This document shows positions 9,567-19,103 of a stretch of 64,000 bases of DNA, one piece after another; within the stretch, counting starts at the first letter, position 1; every line of letters begins with the position of its first letter. The notes under the pieces were generated by a model. That model did not search any database, had not been told where the DNA came from, and was given only the letters and a program-made list of their open reading frames with translations. The position numbers and the translations under genes were made by a program. The DNA comes from an uncultured Rhodothermales bacterium (GTDB lineage: Bacteria > Bacteroidota > Rhodothermia > Rhodothermales > VXPQ01): contig CBFGRV010000010.1 of the NCBI GenBank assembly GCA_965651265.1, positions 14,923 to 78,922 on the forward strand, written 5' to 3'.

Positions 9567-11312
9567 TCACCCCTCGTCGCTGCGGGCCTGTTCCTTCCTG
9601 CGCCGCTCTGCGACCACCCGTTTATGGACCTCCGCGTTCTCCAGCCACGGCTTCCTCTGAAAGTAACTCCTGGCTGCTTCCCGAACGCGGCCGGAAAGGA
9701 AGACCAGCGCGATCAGGTTCGGGATGATCACGATGCCCAGAAATACGTCGCCAATCGTCCATACGGTCGCCAGTGCGAGAGTCGCGCCGATAAAGTGCAT
9801 CAGCACGTAGACCAGCTTGTACGGTAAGACGGCTTTTTCACCGAAGAGATAATAAGCGCACCGATCTCCATAGTAGCTCCAGGAGATGGCCGTCGAGACG
9901 GCAAAGAGAAGCACGCTGATGATCACGATGTAGCCGCCCCAATCGCCTAGAGGTGCGAGCCCGCGCTGAAAAGCGAGTTGCGTAAGGGGCGCGCCGTTCT
10001 CGACGGCATTGCCGTAGAGCGTCGTGTAAACGTTCCCGTTGGCATCTATGGCGCGGCCTTCCTGCGGGTTGATCGTCCCCGTGAACGGCTGCGACAAAGT
10101 GGCATCGATGAAGAACTCATCGACGGGCACATCATGCCAGGCAAACTGAGTTGCGTTCGCCGTCTCGACGAGTCGCCCATTCTGAATCGACAGCTGGCCC
10201 GGAGCACTTCCGTCCTGCGTGACGAAGGTCGCGTCTCCGGATGTCAGGCTGAGGGCTGTCGGAATTCTCTCCTGCCAGACGCCGGTCATGATGATGGCCA
10301 GCGCTGTGATCGAACAGATGATGATGGTGTCGATGAAGGGCTCGAGGAGCGCCACGACACCCTCGGAAACGGGTTCGTCTGTCTTGGCCGCCGAGTGTGC
10401 GATGGGCGCGGATCCCTGTCCCGCTTCGTTCGAGAAGAGGCCGCGGCGTACCCCCCACATGAGCGTAACGAGGAAGGCGCCAGTCCCAGTCCCGGCGACT
10501 CCGGCGGTCGGGTTAAATGCCTCTTTAAAGATGAGCCCGATGGTCTCCGGCAGCCGGTCGATGTTGAGGATGATAATCGTCAACCCCCCGAGGACGTAGA
10601 TGCCCGCCATTACGGGAGCAAGTACGCCCGTAACGCGCCCGATGCGGCCGATTCCTCCGATGATCACCAGGGCGACGACCGTAGCTGTGACGAGCCCGGT
10701 CACCCAGGCGGCAACGCCGAACTCCGATGAGATGACGTCAGCGACCGTGTTTGCCTGAACACCATTGCCGGTAAGAAAGGCGGTGATACCAAGGAGAATG
10801 GCGAAAAGGACGGCAACGGGTTTCCAATTTTTGCCGAGCCCTTTCTCGATGTAGTACATGGGGCCACCTGAAACGGTGCCCTTCCATACTGCATCTCCAT
10901 CAGATGCGATCACCTCTCGATACTGCTGAGCCAGCGTGACCTCGGTGAACTTCGTCGCCATCCCGAGGAAAGCCGTAATCCACATCCAGAAGAGTGCACC
11001 CGGGCCGCCCCAGTGAATGGCGATGGCCACGCCCGCAATGTTGCCGATACCGACCGTGGCCGAGAGCGCCGTGGTGAGCGCCTGAAAATGCGGAACGTCG
11101 CCGGGCTCGTCGGGATCGTCATACTTCCCGCTCGTGACGGCAAATCCGTGTCCGATTCGGCGCAGCTGGATGAAGCCAAGGCGCAACGTTAGAAACACGC
11201 CAACGCCAAGGAGGAGAATTACGACCAGGGGTATCGTCTCGCCACCGACATTCAGACCGAAATTCCAGACGATATTTTCCAGCCAGCGGACGATCTGTTC
11301 GAGCCATCCCAT
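9567..11312 (-). CDS. Sodium:alanine (AGCS family) symporter
   Basis: AGCS signature FQALTTALSATVGIGNIAGVAIAI..GGPGALFWMW. Contains a ~100-aa insertion between TM segments. Confidence 0.9.
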   Translation of the reverse strand: MGWLEQIVRWLENIVWNFGLNVGGETIPLVVILLLGVGVFLTLRLGFIQLRRIGHGFAVTSGKYDDPDEPGDVPHFQALTTALSATVGIGNIAGVAIAIHWGGPGALFWMWITAFLGMATKFTEVTLAQQYREVIASDGDAVWKGTVSGGPMYYIEKGLGKNWKPVAVLFAILLGITAFLTGNGVQANTVADVISSEFGVAAWVTGLVTATVVALVIIGGIGRIGRVTGVLAPVMAGIYVLGGLTIIILNIDRLPETIGLIFKEAFNPTAGVAGTGTGAFLVTLMWGVRRGLFSNEAGQGSAPIAHSAAKTDEPVSEGVVALLEPFIDTIIICSITALAIIMTGVWQERIPTALSLTSGDATFVTQDGSAPGQLSIQNGRLVETANATQFAWHDVPVDEFFIDATLSQPFTGTINPQEGRAIDANGNVYTTLYGNAVENGAPLTQLAFQRGLAPLGDWGGYIVIISVLLFAVSTAISWSYYGDRCAYYLFGEKAVLPYKLVYVLMHFIGATLALATVWTIGDVFLGIVIIPNLIALVFLSGRVREAARSYFQRKPWLENAEVHKRVVAERRRKEQARSDEG

Positions 11313-11424
11313 GCGCGCTTAGTTGGATTGCTTGGAGGGATTAGGAGGAAGTGCGACCCGCATCGTCGTAGTGGGAACGGAGACGTCTGGAGAGGTGGGC
11401 GCGGCCGCTTTGAAAACAGGCCCT

Positions 11425-11453
11425 AATATAAAGGCGGCATCATACCACCGCAA
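11425..11453 (-). promoter_or_regulatory. Possible sigma70-type promoter for the alanine symporter
   Basis: The minus strand reads TTGCGG-N17-TATATT, about 110 nt upstream of the ATG at 11312. This is a pattern match only, and lineage-specific promoter rules may differ. Confidence 0.25.
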
Positions 11454-11551
11454 ACAGCGGACAGGTTGACGAATCAGGCCGGGAAAGTGGATTTTCGCCT
11501 TGGCAGGGAGTCTTGATGAGATCCCGCGGCCAAGCTGAGTCAAGTCGACCT

Positions 11552-12235
11552 TCACAGGTTTTCAGGATCTACTTCTACAAGTTGCCCATTCAGTAAAGCC
11601 AGCGTGCGCGACGGATTCTCCTTGACGAGCCGGTAGTCGTGCGTGGCCATCAAGATGGTCATTCCCTGTCGATGCAGTCCCAGAAGGAGGTTCATGATCT
11701 CATCCGCAACGGCGGGGTCGAGATTGCCCGTCGGCTCATCAGCAAGGAGGATCCACGGTTCATTGGCGATCGCACGCGCAATACTCACACGCTGCTGCTC
11801 ACCTCCCGAAAGCTCATGTGGGAATCGCTTTTGTTTGTGACTGAGCCCCACACGCGAGAGCACACTCATCACGCGATTCTTGACCGTCGCGCCGGACTTG
11901 CCGGTTACGTACAGTGCGAAGGCCACATTCTCGTAGACGTTGCGATCGGGAAGCAACTGATAATCCTGGAAGATGACGCCCACCGATCGGCGCAGATAGG
12001 GAATCTCCGTGCTGGTGAGTTTGTCCGTTCGATAGTCCCCGATGCGGGCGTGGCCGCGCTCGGGCGGGACGTCCATGTAGATCATGCGGAGCAACGTGGT
12101 CTTCCCGCTGCCCGTCGGGCCGACGAGATAGACCATTTCTCCGCGACGGATCTCCAGATCCAGATTCTCGATGACCGGACGGCGGCGGCCGTCAGGCAGC
12201 TCATAGGAAAGAGATATCCCGTTAAGCTGAATCAT
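11552..12235 (-). CDS. ftsE: Cell-division ABC ATPase FtsE
   Basis: Walker [10 protein letters not shown], signature LSGGEQQRV and Walker [13 protein letters not shown], with the FtsE-typical length of 227 aa. No adjacent ftsX. Confidence 0.88.
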   Translation of the reverse strand: MIQLNGISLSYELPDGRRRPVIENLDLEIRRGEMVYLVGPTGSGKTTLLRMIYMDVPPERGHARIGDYRTDKLTSTEIPYLRRSVGVIFQDYQLLPDRNVYENVAFALYVTGKSGATVKNRVMSVLSRVGLSHKQKRFPHELSGGEQQRVSIARAIANEPWILLADEPTGNLDPAVADEIMNLLLGLHRQGMTILMATHDYRLVKENPSRTLALLNGQLVEVDPENL

Positions 12236-12317
12236 GGATGCCGACTAGATTCGAGATGGATCACTTTCGAAGGGTAATGGATGGAAGCATGGCTCCGGCG
12301 AGTTGAGGCCGCCTTGG

Positions 12318-13094
12318 CTACGAGGGGCGCCGCAGGATCCAGTGCACACGCTCGGAGCGGTGGGTTGCGTCCTCGAAGCTGAAGCCGTCGTAGGATGCTT
12401 CGACCTCGAAACCAACGACATCGATCAAGGCGCGGATCTCTTCGATCGTGTAGGCTCGCTGGACGTGTTCTTCGACGTACCGTCGATCACCCACGCTGAG
12501 CTCCAGCATCGTCCGATGCAGGCCACTCCTGAGATCGAACCTGCTGGTCCGCATGTATGCGAAGTCGTCGCGGCGATCGCTGCTCTCAAAATAGGGTCCG
12601 TTGTTGAGGGAATTTGCCGGTGTGCTCTGGTCAACAATAAATATGCCGCCAGCCGCCAGGGCGTCATACGTACATGCCAGCAGATGGCGGACCTCCTCTT
12701 TCTCGAGGAGGTAGTTGAGGCCGTCGAAGAGCAGGACGGCTACATCGAACTGTTCGTCTGTGTTGAAGTCGGCAAAATCGGCCTTCCGAAAGTGAATGTT
12801 CGTCCGAGCTGCTCGGGCCTTTCTCCGGGCAACGTCGAGCATCTCTTCCGAGCGATCCGACGCCACGTAGTGGTAGCCTCTTTCGGGCTGCAGGAGAACA
12901 GCTAGCGATCCCGTGCCGCACCCGAGCTCGAGCACCGAACGCGCCTCGGGCACGTACACGTCGATCAGAGACTGTACGTACTCGGCCCAGAGGCGATAGT
13001 CCACATGCGCCATCACGAAATCGTACCCGGCAGCCAGGGCCGTGTACGGAGGTACCGGTTCCCGCTCCACCGGCGGCCGCTTTTCACCCATCAT
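12318..13094 (-). CDS. Class I SAM-dependent methyltransferase
   Basis: Motif I VLELGCGTGS followed by the DVAVLLFDGLNYL pattern. Confidence 0.8.
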   Translation of the reverse strand: MMGEKRPPVEREPVPPYTALAAGYDFVMAHVDYRLWAEYVQSLIDVYVPEARSVLELGCGTGSLAVLLQPERGYHYVASDRSEEMLDVARRKARAARTNIHFRKADFADFNTDEQFDVAVLLFDGLNYLLEKEEVRHLLACTYDALAAGGIFIVDQSTPANSLNNGPYFESSDRRDDFAYMRTSRFDLRSGLHRTMLELSVGDRRYVEEHVQRAYTIEEIRALIDVVGFEVEASYDGFSFEDATHRSERVHWILRRPS

Positions 13095-13111
13095 CCAGAC
13101 AGCCTTCCACG

Positions 13112-14188
13112 CTAGCCGGCCTTCCGCTGACTCCGCTCGGAAACGCGCCTGCGCGCGATGTCCACGGCCAGATAGATGGCGCTTCGCATGCTTCCGGGTG
13201 ACGCCTTGCCCTCGCCGGCGATGTTGTAGGCCGTGCCATGATCCGGGGATGTTCGGACGATCGGAAGACCGGCCGTGTAATTCACACCGCTCTCAAAGGC
13301 CAGCGTCTTGAACGGCACGAGTCCCTGATCGTGATACATCGCCAGCACCGCATCGTAGAGCCGGTAGGCGCCGATCGCGAAGAAGCCGTCGGCGGGGAAT
13401 GGACCGAACACCAGCGCGCCTTCGTCACACGCGTCCTGCACGGCCGGCACGATGGACTCCATCTCCTCGCGGCCGAGCACGCCTCCTTCTCCGGCGTGCG
13501 GATTGAGCCCGAGAACGGCGATCTTCGGCCTCTGAATGCCGAAATCATGCCTCAGACAGGCGCTGATCACGTGGATCTTCTCCAGAATAGCCGCCCGAGT
13601 AACGCCCTTGGGGACATCCCAGATCGGTATGTGGCCTGTGACCAGACCGACGCGCAGGTTGTCCGAGATCATCATCATCGTGTAATCCTTGCATCCCGTA
13701 CGATGCGCGATGAACTCGGTGTGGCCGGGATCTTTGAATCCCGCTCTGGAGATGGCCTCCTTGTTGATGGGCCCGGTGACCATTCCGTCGACCTGCCCCT
13801 CGAGGCAGAGATCGACCGCACGCTCGACGGACTTCATGGCAATCCGTCCCGCCTCGGCGGACACCTGCCCGAACGCCACGTGGACCTTCTCCCCGTTTGC
13901 CACATCCAGGACGACCACTTCCCCCGGCATCACGGCTTCGGGGACGTGGGTGACCACCTGCGTTTTAAGATCGTTGTAGCCTAATCGGGATGCGTGAATG
14001 CTCAGTACGTGGGCGGATCCGACGACGATGGGCTGAACGAAGCGGCCCAGGCGCGTATCGAGTAAGCTCTTGAGGACGACCTCTGGGCCGACTCCGTTCG
14101 AGTCGCCCAGAGTAACGGCGATGCGAGGCCGTTTCGACCGGTCGCTGGTGATGGCGGTCCGGCGACCCCCTGCTGTATGATCTGACAT
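13112..14188 (-). CDS. pdxA: 4-hydroxythreonine-4-phosphate dehydrogenase
   Basis: IAVTLGDSNGVGPEV, GHTEF, NPHAGEGG and RTSPDHGTA motifs. The start is trimmed to the ATG at 14188; the track's 14293 adds 35 non-conserved residues. Confidence 0.9.
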   Translation of the reverse strand: MSDHTAGGRRTAITSDRSKRPRIAVTLGDSNGVGPEVVLKSLLDTRLGRFVQPIVVGSAHVLSIHASRLGYNDLKTQVVTHVPEAVMPGEVVVLDVANGEKVHVAFGQVSAEAGRIAMKSVERAVDLCLEGQVDGMVTGPINKEAISRAGFKDPGHTEFIAHRTGCKDYTMMMISDNLRVGLVTGHIPIWDVPKGVTRAAILEKIHVISACLRHDFGIQRPKIAVLGLNPHAGEGGVLGREEMESIVPAVQDACDEGALVFGPFPADGFFAIGAYRLYDAVLAMYHDQGLVPFKTLAFESGVNYTAGLPIVRTSPDHGTAYNIAGEGKASPGSMRSAIYLAVDIARRRVSERSQRKAG

Positions 14189-14346
14189 TGTTCGTTGGCG
14201 TATGTCATCTATGTACACGAACTGAGTGGATGCGCCGGGTGAGGGCGCCGCCACGGTTGCGTTGTAGAACACCTGCTGCCGGTCCGGCAACACATACCTC
14301 TCGAACGTGAAATTTTCGTGTACGTTTCCGGACGAAAGATGGACCC

Positions 14347-15792
14347 TTACCGTCCAGCTTCTGCTCGCGACGTTTCTTCGAGCACGAGCGGCTCCATGGA
14401 CGATGCGGCCCAGAACACGAAACGACGGCCATCCGAATAGGTCCAGATCTGCTGCACGCCTCCGGTCGAAGGGAATGTGCTGGAGACGTCATCCGGAGGG
14501 CCATGGATGATGTAGATGCGTGCCGCGTCTGTGCGGAGCCCATCCGGCAACGGAGAGCGCCCCGTCCGAAACTCTGACGCGGCCCGATCGATGCGCGCGT
14601 AGTACTCCTCCATCAATTCGTTGCGTAGCGTCTCCGGGGTAGGATCGCGCTCAGCCCAGTAGGCTCGAAATGCGGCGATCTGGTCCTCTCGAGAACCCCG
14701 GAGCATCTCACGGATCTTCTCGCGGCTCTCGATGAAGGATAGGTTGCGGATGGCGATGTCGACGTTGTGAAGAGACAACGGCATGCCCCGCCAGTGCAAA
14801 CCGAATCGGCTGTGGAACGCACGAGCACTCTCCTCGCGACCTATGATCTCGATGAGATACTGGGCGTGATCGAGGGTATCTGTATCCATCTCGAAGAGGG
14901 CAATGCGGCCGATACCCTCGACCGGAGACCAGCAGAGGCAATCGGCGTCGACCCGCCCGAGAGGCATAGTCCGCATCGATGCCATTTCCGCCTTCAGGAT
15001 GAGCTGGTCGTCCGGGCCCGGCGCGAGGTCGATTTCCGACTCGCCCCGAACCGGTTGTCGTCGCTGAGTGGCTCGACCCCGACCACCGGATCGACGACTC
15101 GATGACTCCTCAGCGAGGCGATAGAGCCGGAATTCGAGCGCATCGTCGCTAACCGCCTTGCCGAAAGGAACGACCACTGTTACCGATGTGGCGAAGGGCG
15201 CCTCCCCTCCGAGAACGGTTGGCTCGATCCGGACCCGACCTCCCTCGGAATCCAGACGATTCGCAAAGAACGGCCGACCGGATCCACCGGATGCGAAGTC
15301 AGGGACTTCGAACGGCCACTGCGATCCCGGCCATAGCCTGTCAACTTTGCTGCCGGAAAACGAGAAGCGGTACGTGTGCGCACCGGGTACGGCCGGAAAC
15401 CGAACGTGCCCCGTCAGATCAACCGACTCGCTGGTCGTCTGCTCGAACGAATGCACCCGCTTCTCGCCACGCCAGACCCTCTCCGCGACCTTCTGTTGAT
15501 CGCGGTAGAGCTCGACCGTGAGATCGACGTTAGCGACAAACCCACTCCCTTCCTGCCTGAACACGAGTAACGCGTGGGGGATGCGAAATGCGATGATCGC
15601 CTGTGCGCTGTCGGGTCCGGGAAGCACGATCGCCTCATGATAGAGCTGGGGACGATCGTACTCTGCGGCCAAACGCTCATACTCCTTTTGAGCGCGCGCC
15701 TGCTGGGTCGATGCCAGAGATAGCAGTGGGAGGACGGCGACAAGGGCTGCCCAGACCTGCCTACGATGTCGCGCGTTTTCGAGGATCGGCAT
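14347..15792 (-). CDS. GWxTD-domain protein (secreted)
   Basis: Signal peptide ending LASTQQARAQ. The C-terminal block YWAERDPTPET..NELMEEYYARIDRA...DGLRTDAARIYIIHGPPD...QIWTY matches my recollection of the GWxTD family. The start overlaps the pepA 3' end by 32 nt. Confidence 0.7.
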   Translation of the reverse strand: MPILENARHRRQVWAALVAVLPLLSLASTQQARAQKEYERLAAEYDRPQLYHEAIVLPGPDSAQAIIAFRIPHALLVFRQEGSGFVANVDLTVELYRDQQKVAERVWRGEKRVHSFEQTTSESVDLTGHVRFPAVPGAHTYRFSFSGSKVDRLWPGSQWPFEVPDFASGGSGRPFFANRLDSEGGRVRIEPTVLGGEAPFATSVTVVVPFGKAVSDDALEFRLYRLAEESSSRRSGGRGRATQRRQPVRGESEIDLAPGPDDQLILKAEMASMRTMPLGRVDADCLCWSPVEGIGRIALFEMDTDTLDHAQYLIEIIGREESARAFHSRFGLHWRGMPLSLHNVDIAIRNLSFIESREKIREMLRGSREDQIAAFRAYWAERDPTPETLRNELMEEYYARIDRAASEFRTGRSPLPDGLRTDAARIYIIHGPPDDVSSTFPSTGGVQQIWTYSDGRRFVFWAASSMEPLVLEETSRAEAGR

Positions 15793-17266
15793 ACTCTCTC
15801 AGGAACTCCACAAGCAGCCGAACGCCAAACCCTGTTCCGCCCTTCGGACGATACGGCTTGTTTTCAGATAGGAAGGCCGGCCCGGCTATATCCACGTGGA
15901 TCCACGGGTAGTCGGTAAAGTGCTCCAGGAACTTGGCCGCCGTGATGGTCCCGGCTTCACGCCCGCCGATGTTCTTGAGGTCGGCGACGTTGCTCTCGAG
16001 CTGCTTCGCGTAGTGCGGGTACATCGGCAGGCGGTGCACCAGGTCTCCACTGCGAGTGCCCGCAGCTTCGATGGCGCCTAGCCGCTCTTCCGCTCCCGGC
16101 CAATCGTTCGTCATCACCGCCGCCACCTCCGAGCCCAGCGCAATGACTTGTGCGCCGGTGAGTGTGGCCACATCGATGACGAGTGTGGGTTTGAAGGTCT
16201 TCGCGTACGATAAGGCATCCGCCAGGATGAGCCGGCCCTCCGCGTCGGTATTCAAGACCTCCACCGTCTTGCCGGAATGCATTCGGAGGACGTCGCCGGG
16301 CACGTAGGCATTCTCGCCGGGCCGGTTGTCCGTTGCCGGGATCAAGGCCACCAGATAGAGGGGCAGCTCGAGCCGGGCCGCGGCCTCCATGGCGCCCACG
16401 ACCGCCGCTGCGCCGGCCATATCGGCCTTCATGTGATCCATCGAATCCTTCGTCGGCTTGAGCGAGAGGCCTCCGGTGTCGAACACGATTCCCTTGCCGA
16501 CAAGCACGATCGGCCTTTCATTCGCGGCATTCTCGGGGCGCCATTCCAGCACGGAGAATGTCGGAGGCTCGGGGCTGCCGCGGTTGACGGCGAGGAGTCC
16601 GCCCATGCCTTCTTCTTCGATGAGCTCCTTGTCCCATACCGAGACGGAAAAGCCGTGCTTCTTGCCGATCTTCTCGATTTGCCGCGCGAGCGAGGTCGCC
16701 GTTTTCTCGTCAGGCGACGTATTCACGAGGTCGCGCGCCGTCGCGACGGCCTCGGCGACGATGCGCCCGCGCTCGACGCCGCGTCGGCTGCCCTTTTCCT
16801 CACCATCGACGTGCAACACGAGTCGCTGCGCGCCGGTGTAGGAATCCGCGTCCGTTTTGTAGCGCAGGAATCGATACGAGGAGAGCATGAATCCCTCCAC
16901 GAGAGCCTGTCCCACCGTCTCCGCATCCAGGTCGACGCCCGGCTGCACGATCCCCACCGTCTCGGCCTTGACCTTTCGCGCGATCGCTTCCGCATTGGAC
17001 ATGGCATGCCGAAGTGCTTCCACCTGCATCCCTGCCCGGGGTCCCGTGCCCACCAGCACGACACGTTTGGCCTGTGCCCGGTCCGTGTACACCATAACGG
17101 CCTCATCGAGCGACCCGCGAACATCCTCGGCGGCAGAGCGGAGTCCACTTCCGAGATCGTCGGCGAGCGCGCGAATCCGCTCGGCTGACTCCTCCTCTAT
17201 GATGGGGACGATGAGGAGGTCCACGTCCAGTTCAGACAGCGGAAGAGTCGTTATCGATACTTTCAT
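15761..17266 (-). CDS. pepA: Leucyl aminopeptidase (M17)
   Basis: VGKGIVFDTGGLSLKP and NTDAEGRLILADAL signatures. The start is trimmed to MKVSITTLPL at 17266. Confidence 0.9.
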   Translation of the reverse strand: MKVSITTLPLSELDVDLLIVPIIEEESAERIRALADDLGSGLRSAAEDVRGSLDEAVMVYTDRAQAKRVVLVGTGPRAGMQVEALRHAMSNAEAIARKVKAETVGIVQPGVDLDAETVGQALVEGFMLSSYRFLRYKTDADSYTGAQRLVLHVDGEEKGSRRGVERGRIVAEAVATARDLVNTSPDEKTATSLARQIEKIGKKHGFSVSVWDKELIEEEGMGGLLAVNRGSPEPPTFSVLEWRPENAANERPIVLVGKGIVFDTGGLSLKPTKDSMDHMKADMAGAAAVVGAMEAAARLELPLYLVALIPATDNRPGENAYVPGDVLRMHSGKTVEVLNTDAEGRLILADALSYAKTFKPTLVIDVATLTGAQVIALGSEVAAVMTNDWPGAEERLGAIEAAGTRSGDLVHRLPMYPHYAKQLESNVADLKNIGGREAGTITAAKFLEHFTDYPWIHVDIAGPAFLSENKPYRPKGGTGFGVRLLVEFLREYADPRKRATS

Positions 17267-17339
17267 TCGTCGTGTCTTACCGGTTTGTACGCCGTCCATC
17301 GGCTTCCGCGAACGGCACCGAACCATCCGATGAATTCGG

Positions 17340-18413
17340 TTAACGCGCCTGAGACTTCATCTCCATGAGCGAGGAAAGATAGGCTTCATCTTCGTCGGAG
17401 AGCGCCTCGTCCACCTCTTCCGCATCCAATTTCAAAAAACGCGGGGCGAGGGACGTCACACGTTCGATGGCCTGGTCGAGCGGCACGGTGAGGTAGGCGC
17501 CGGATGCATTTTTGTGTCCGCCTCCACCGAGTACGCGAGCCCATTCGTTCACGTGTGCATCCCCCTTCGATCGAAAGCTCATCTTGGTACCGCCTTCCGT
17601 CTCGAGGAACATGATGGCCACCCTGACGCCCTCTACGGAGAGCGCGTAGTTGACGATGCCTTCCGTGTCCTCGCTCGTTGCGCCGGAATCCTGAAGCATT
17701 CGCGGCGTTACGACCATGTAGGCCACGGCACCGCCATAGATCAGCGTGAGGGTGTCCAGCGTCCTCCCGAGAAGTCGCAGGCTCTCTACGGATCGCGTAT
17801 CGAAGACGGCCGTGTGGATGGGCGCAGGCGAAATCTCGCCCCGCTCCAGAATGTCGGCCGTGATTCGGTGTACCGCCGGCGTCACGTTGCTGTAGCGGAA
17901 GGATCCGGTATCCGTCATGATGGCGGCATAGAGCCCCGTGGCGATCTCTGTTTCGATCAAATCGGCATCGTAGGCGGCGATGATCTCGTAGATGAGCTCG
18001 CCGGTAGAGGAAGCCGTCTCCCGAGCGTAGGTGACGTCGAACCAGTCCTCGGGGTGGGTATGATGGTCCACGAGCACCTTCGTACCGCGCGCCGCGCGAA
18101 CGGGACCAACAAGCTTGCCGAGACGATCCTTTGCATTCGTATCGAGGATGAATAGCACGTCCGCACCGTCGATCTTCTTGCGCTGCTCAATGCCTCCATC
18201 GAAGAGTTGTACGTGCTCGATTCCCGGCATCCAATCCATGTTCAGGGGCGGCGGATCACTGTTGATGATCGTCACGTCCTTTCCGAGTAGCTGAAGAAAG
18301 CGTCCGAGCGCGATTTCGGAACCCAGAGCATCTCCATCAGGGCGGATATGCGTGGTGATGAAGAAGCGATCGTGCCGGCGTATCAGAGAAAGGATGTCGT
18401 CGATCATCGCCAC
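17340..18413 (-). CDS. nrnA: DHH/DHHA1 phosphoesterase (NrnA-like oligoribonuclease/pAp phosphatase)
   Basis: HIRPDGDALGS, DHH (VLVDHHTH) and GGGHKNASG motifs. Confidence 0.8.
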   Translation of the reverse strand: MAMIDDILSLIRRHDRFFITTHIRPDGDALGSEIALGRFLQLLGKDVTIINSDPPPLNMDWMPGIEHVQLFDGGIEQRKKIDGADVLFILDTNAKDRLGKLVGPVRAARGTKVLVDHHTHPEDWFDVTYARETASSTGELIYEIIAAYDADLIETEIATGLYAAIMTDTGSFRYSNVTPAVHRITADILERGEISPAPIHTAVFDTRSVESLRLLGRTLDTLTLIYGGAVAYMVVTPRMLQDSGATSEDTEGIVNYALSVEGVRVAIMFLETEGGTKMSFRSKGDAHVNEWARVLGGGGHKNASGAYLTVPLDQAIERVTSLAPRFLKLDAEEVDEALSDEDEAYLSSLMEMKSQAR

Positions 18414-18501
18414 CGGTGTGTCAAGTGCACAGAATTTCGTTTACGATTCGGCAATATCGTCGTTCCTTGCGGGATAAGGGTCAGCGCGGGGCCCGGCATC
18501 C

Positions 18502-19101
18502 CTATCGCAGCCCGATCACGTATCCTTTCAGACCCGGTTGTGCCCTGAATCGGCCAACGGCATGCACGTCAGCCATGGTCGCCCCGATGGCGAGACTGGA
18601 CGCTAGCCCGCGCATCGAGGCATCGAATCGCCCAACGATGAGGGTGTCCGTGACGGTGGAAAGCGTAAGTGTGCCGTTGGTGGCTTGAAGATCCCGAATC
18701 ATCCCTTCCCGGTAGAACATGGAGAATCCGCCGTCGTCGACCGTCATCGAGTCGGTGGGCGCAGTGAGACGGTATTCGCCGGGCTCCGGGAGGGACGTGT
18801 CGGAGCGGGCAAAGATGATCCCCCCCGCGAAGTCGAACCCGGTGTACAATCGAATGACGAACCGGTAGGACCGGGTCTGGGGCTCCACGAGGATTCCGAA
18901 CTCGGCATTGCCTGTGAGCGTGTCTGAGATGGCATTCCCTAGAACGACGCGGAAGTCCGTCGATCCATCATCGGAGGCATCCGCCGACAAACCCACGCCG
19001 GCGTCGACGGCCGTATCGCCGGATCGGCATCCGGTTACCGCCGCACCCAGGAGAAACGTCATCAGCACGGCAGCGAAGGCGCGGTTCGATCTTGCCGGCA
19101 T
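18502..19101 (-). CDS. Hypothetical lipoprotein
   Basis: Signal peptide with lipobox (LLGAAVTGC). No recognisable domain. Abuts the ddl stop. Confidence 0.55.
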   Translation of the reverse strand: MPARSNRAFAAVLMTFLLGAAVTGCRSGDTAVDAGVGLSADASDDGSTDFRVVLGNAISDTLTGNAEFGILVEPQTRSYRFVIRLYTGFDFAGGIIFARSDTSLPEPGEYRLTAPTDSMTVDDGGFSMFYREGMIRDLQATNGTLTLSTVTDTLIVGRFDASMRGLASSLAIGATMADVHAVGRFRAQPGLKGYVIGLR

Positions 19102-19103
19102 TC

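Noticed and set aside
11313-11551. A possible glycine riboswitch upstream of the sodium:alanine symporter, and the 78-aa ORF at 11319-11555.
   Set aside because: I wrote out the minus-strand leader and could not find the conserved GGAGAG...ACCGAAGGGGCAA...CTCAGGCAAAAGGAC aptamer cores. A CTCTCCAGA stretch is only a partial reverse-strand resemblance. The small ORF has no supporting features and sits in the promoter and leader region.
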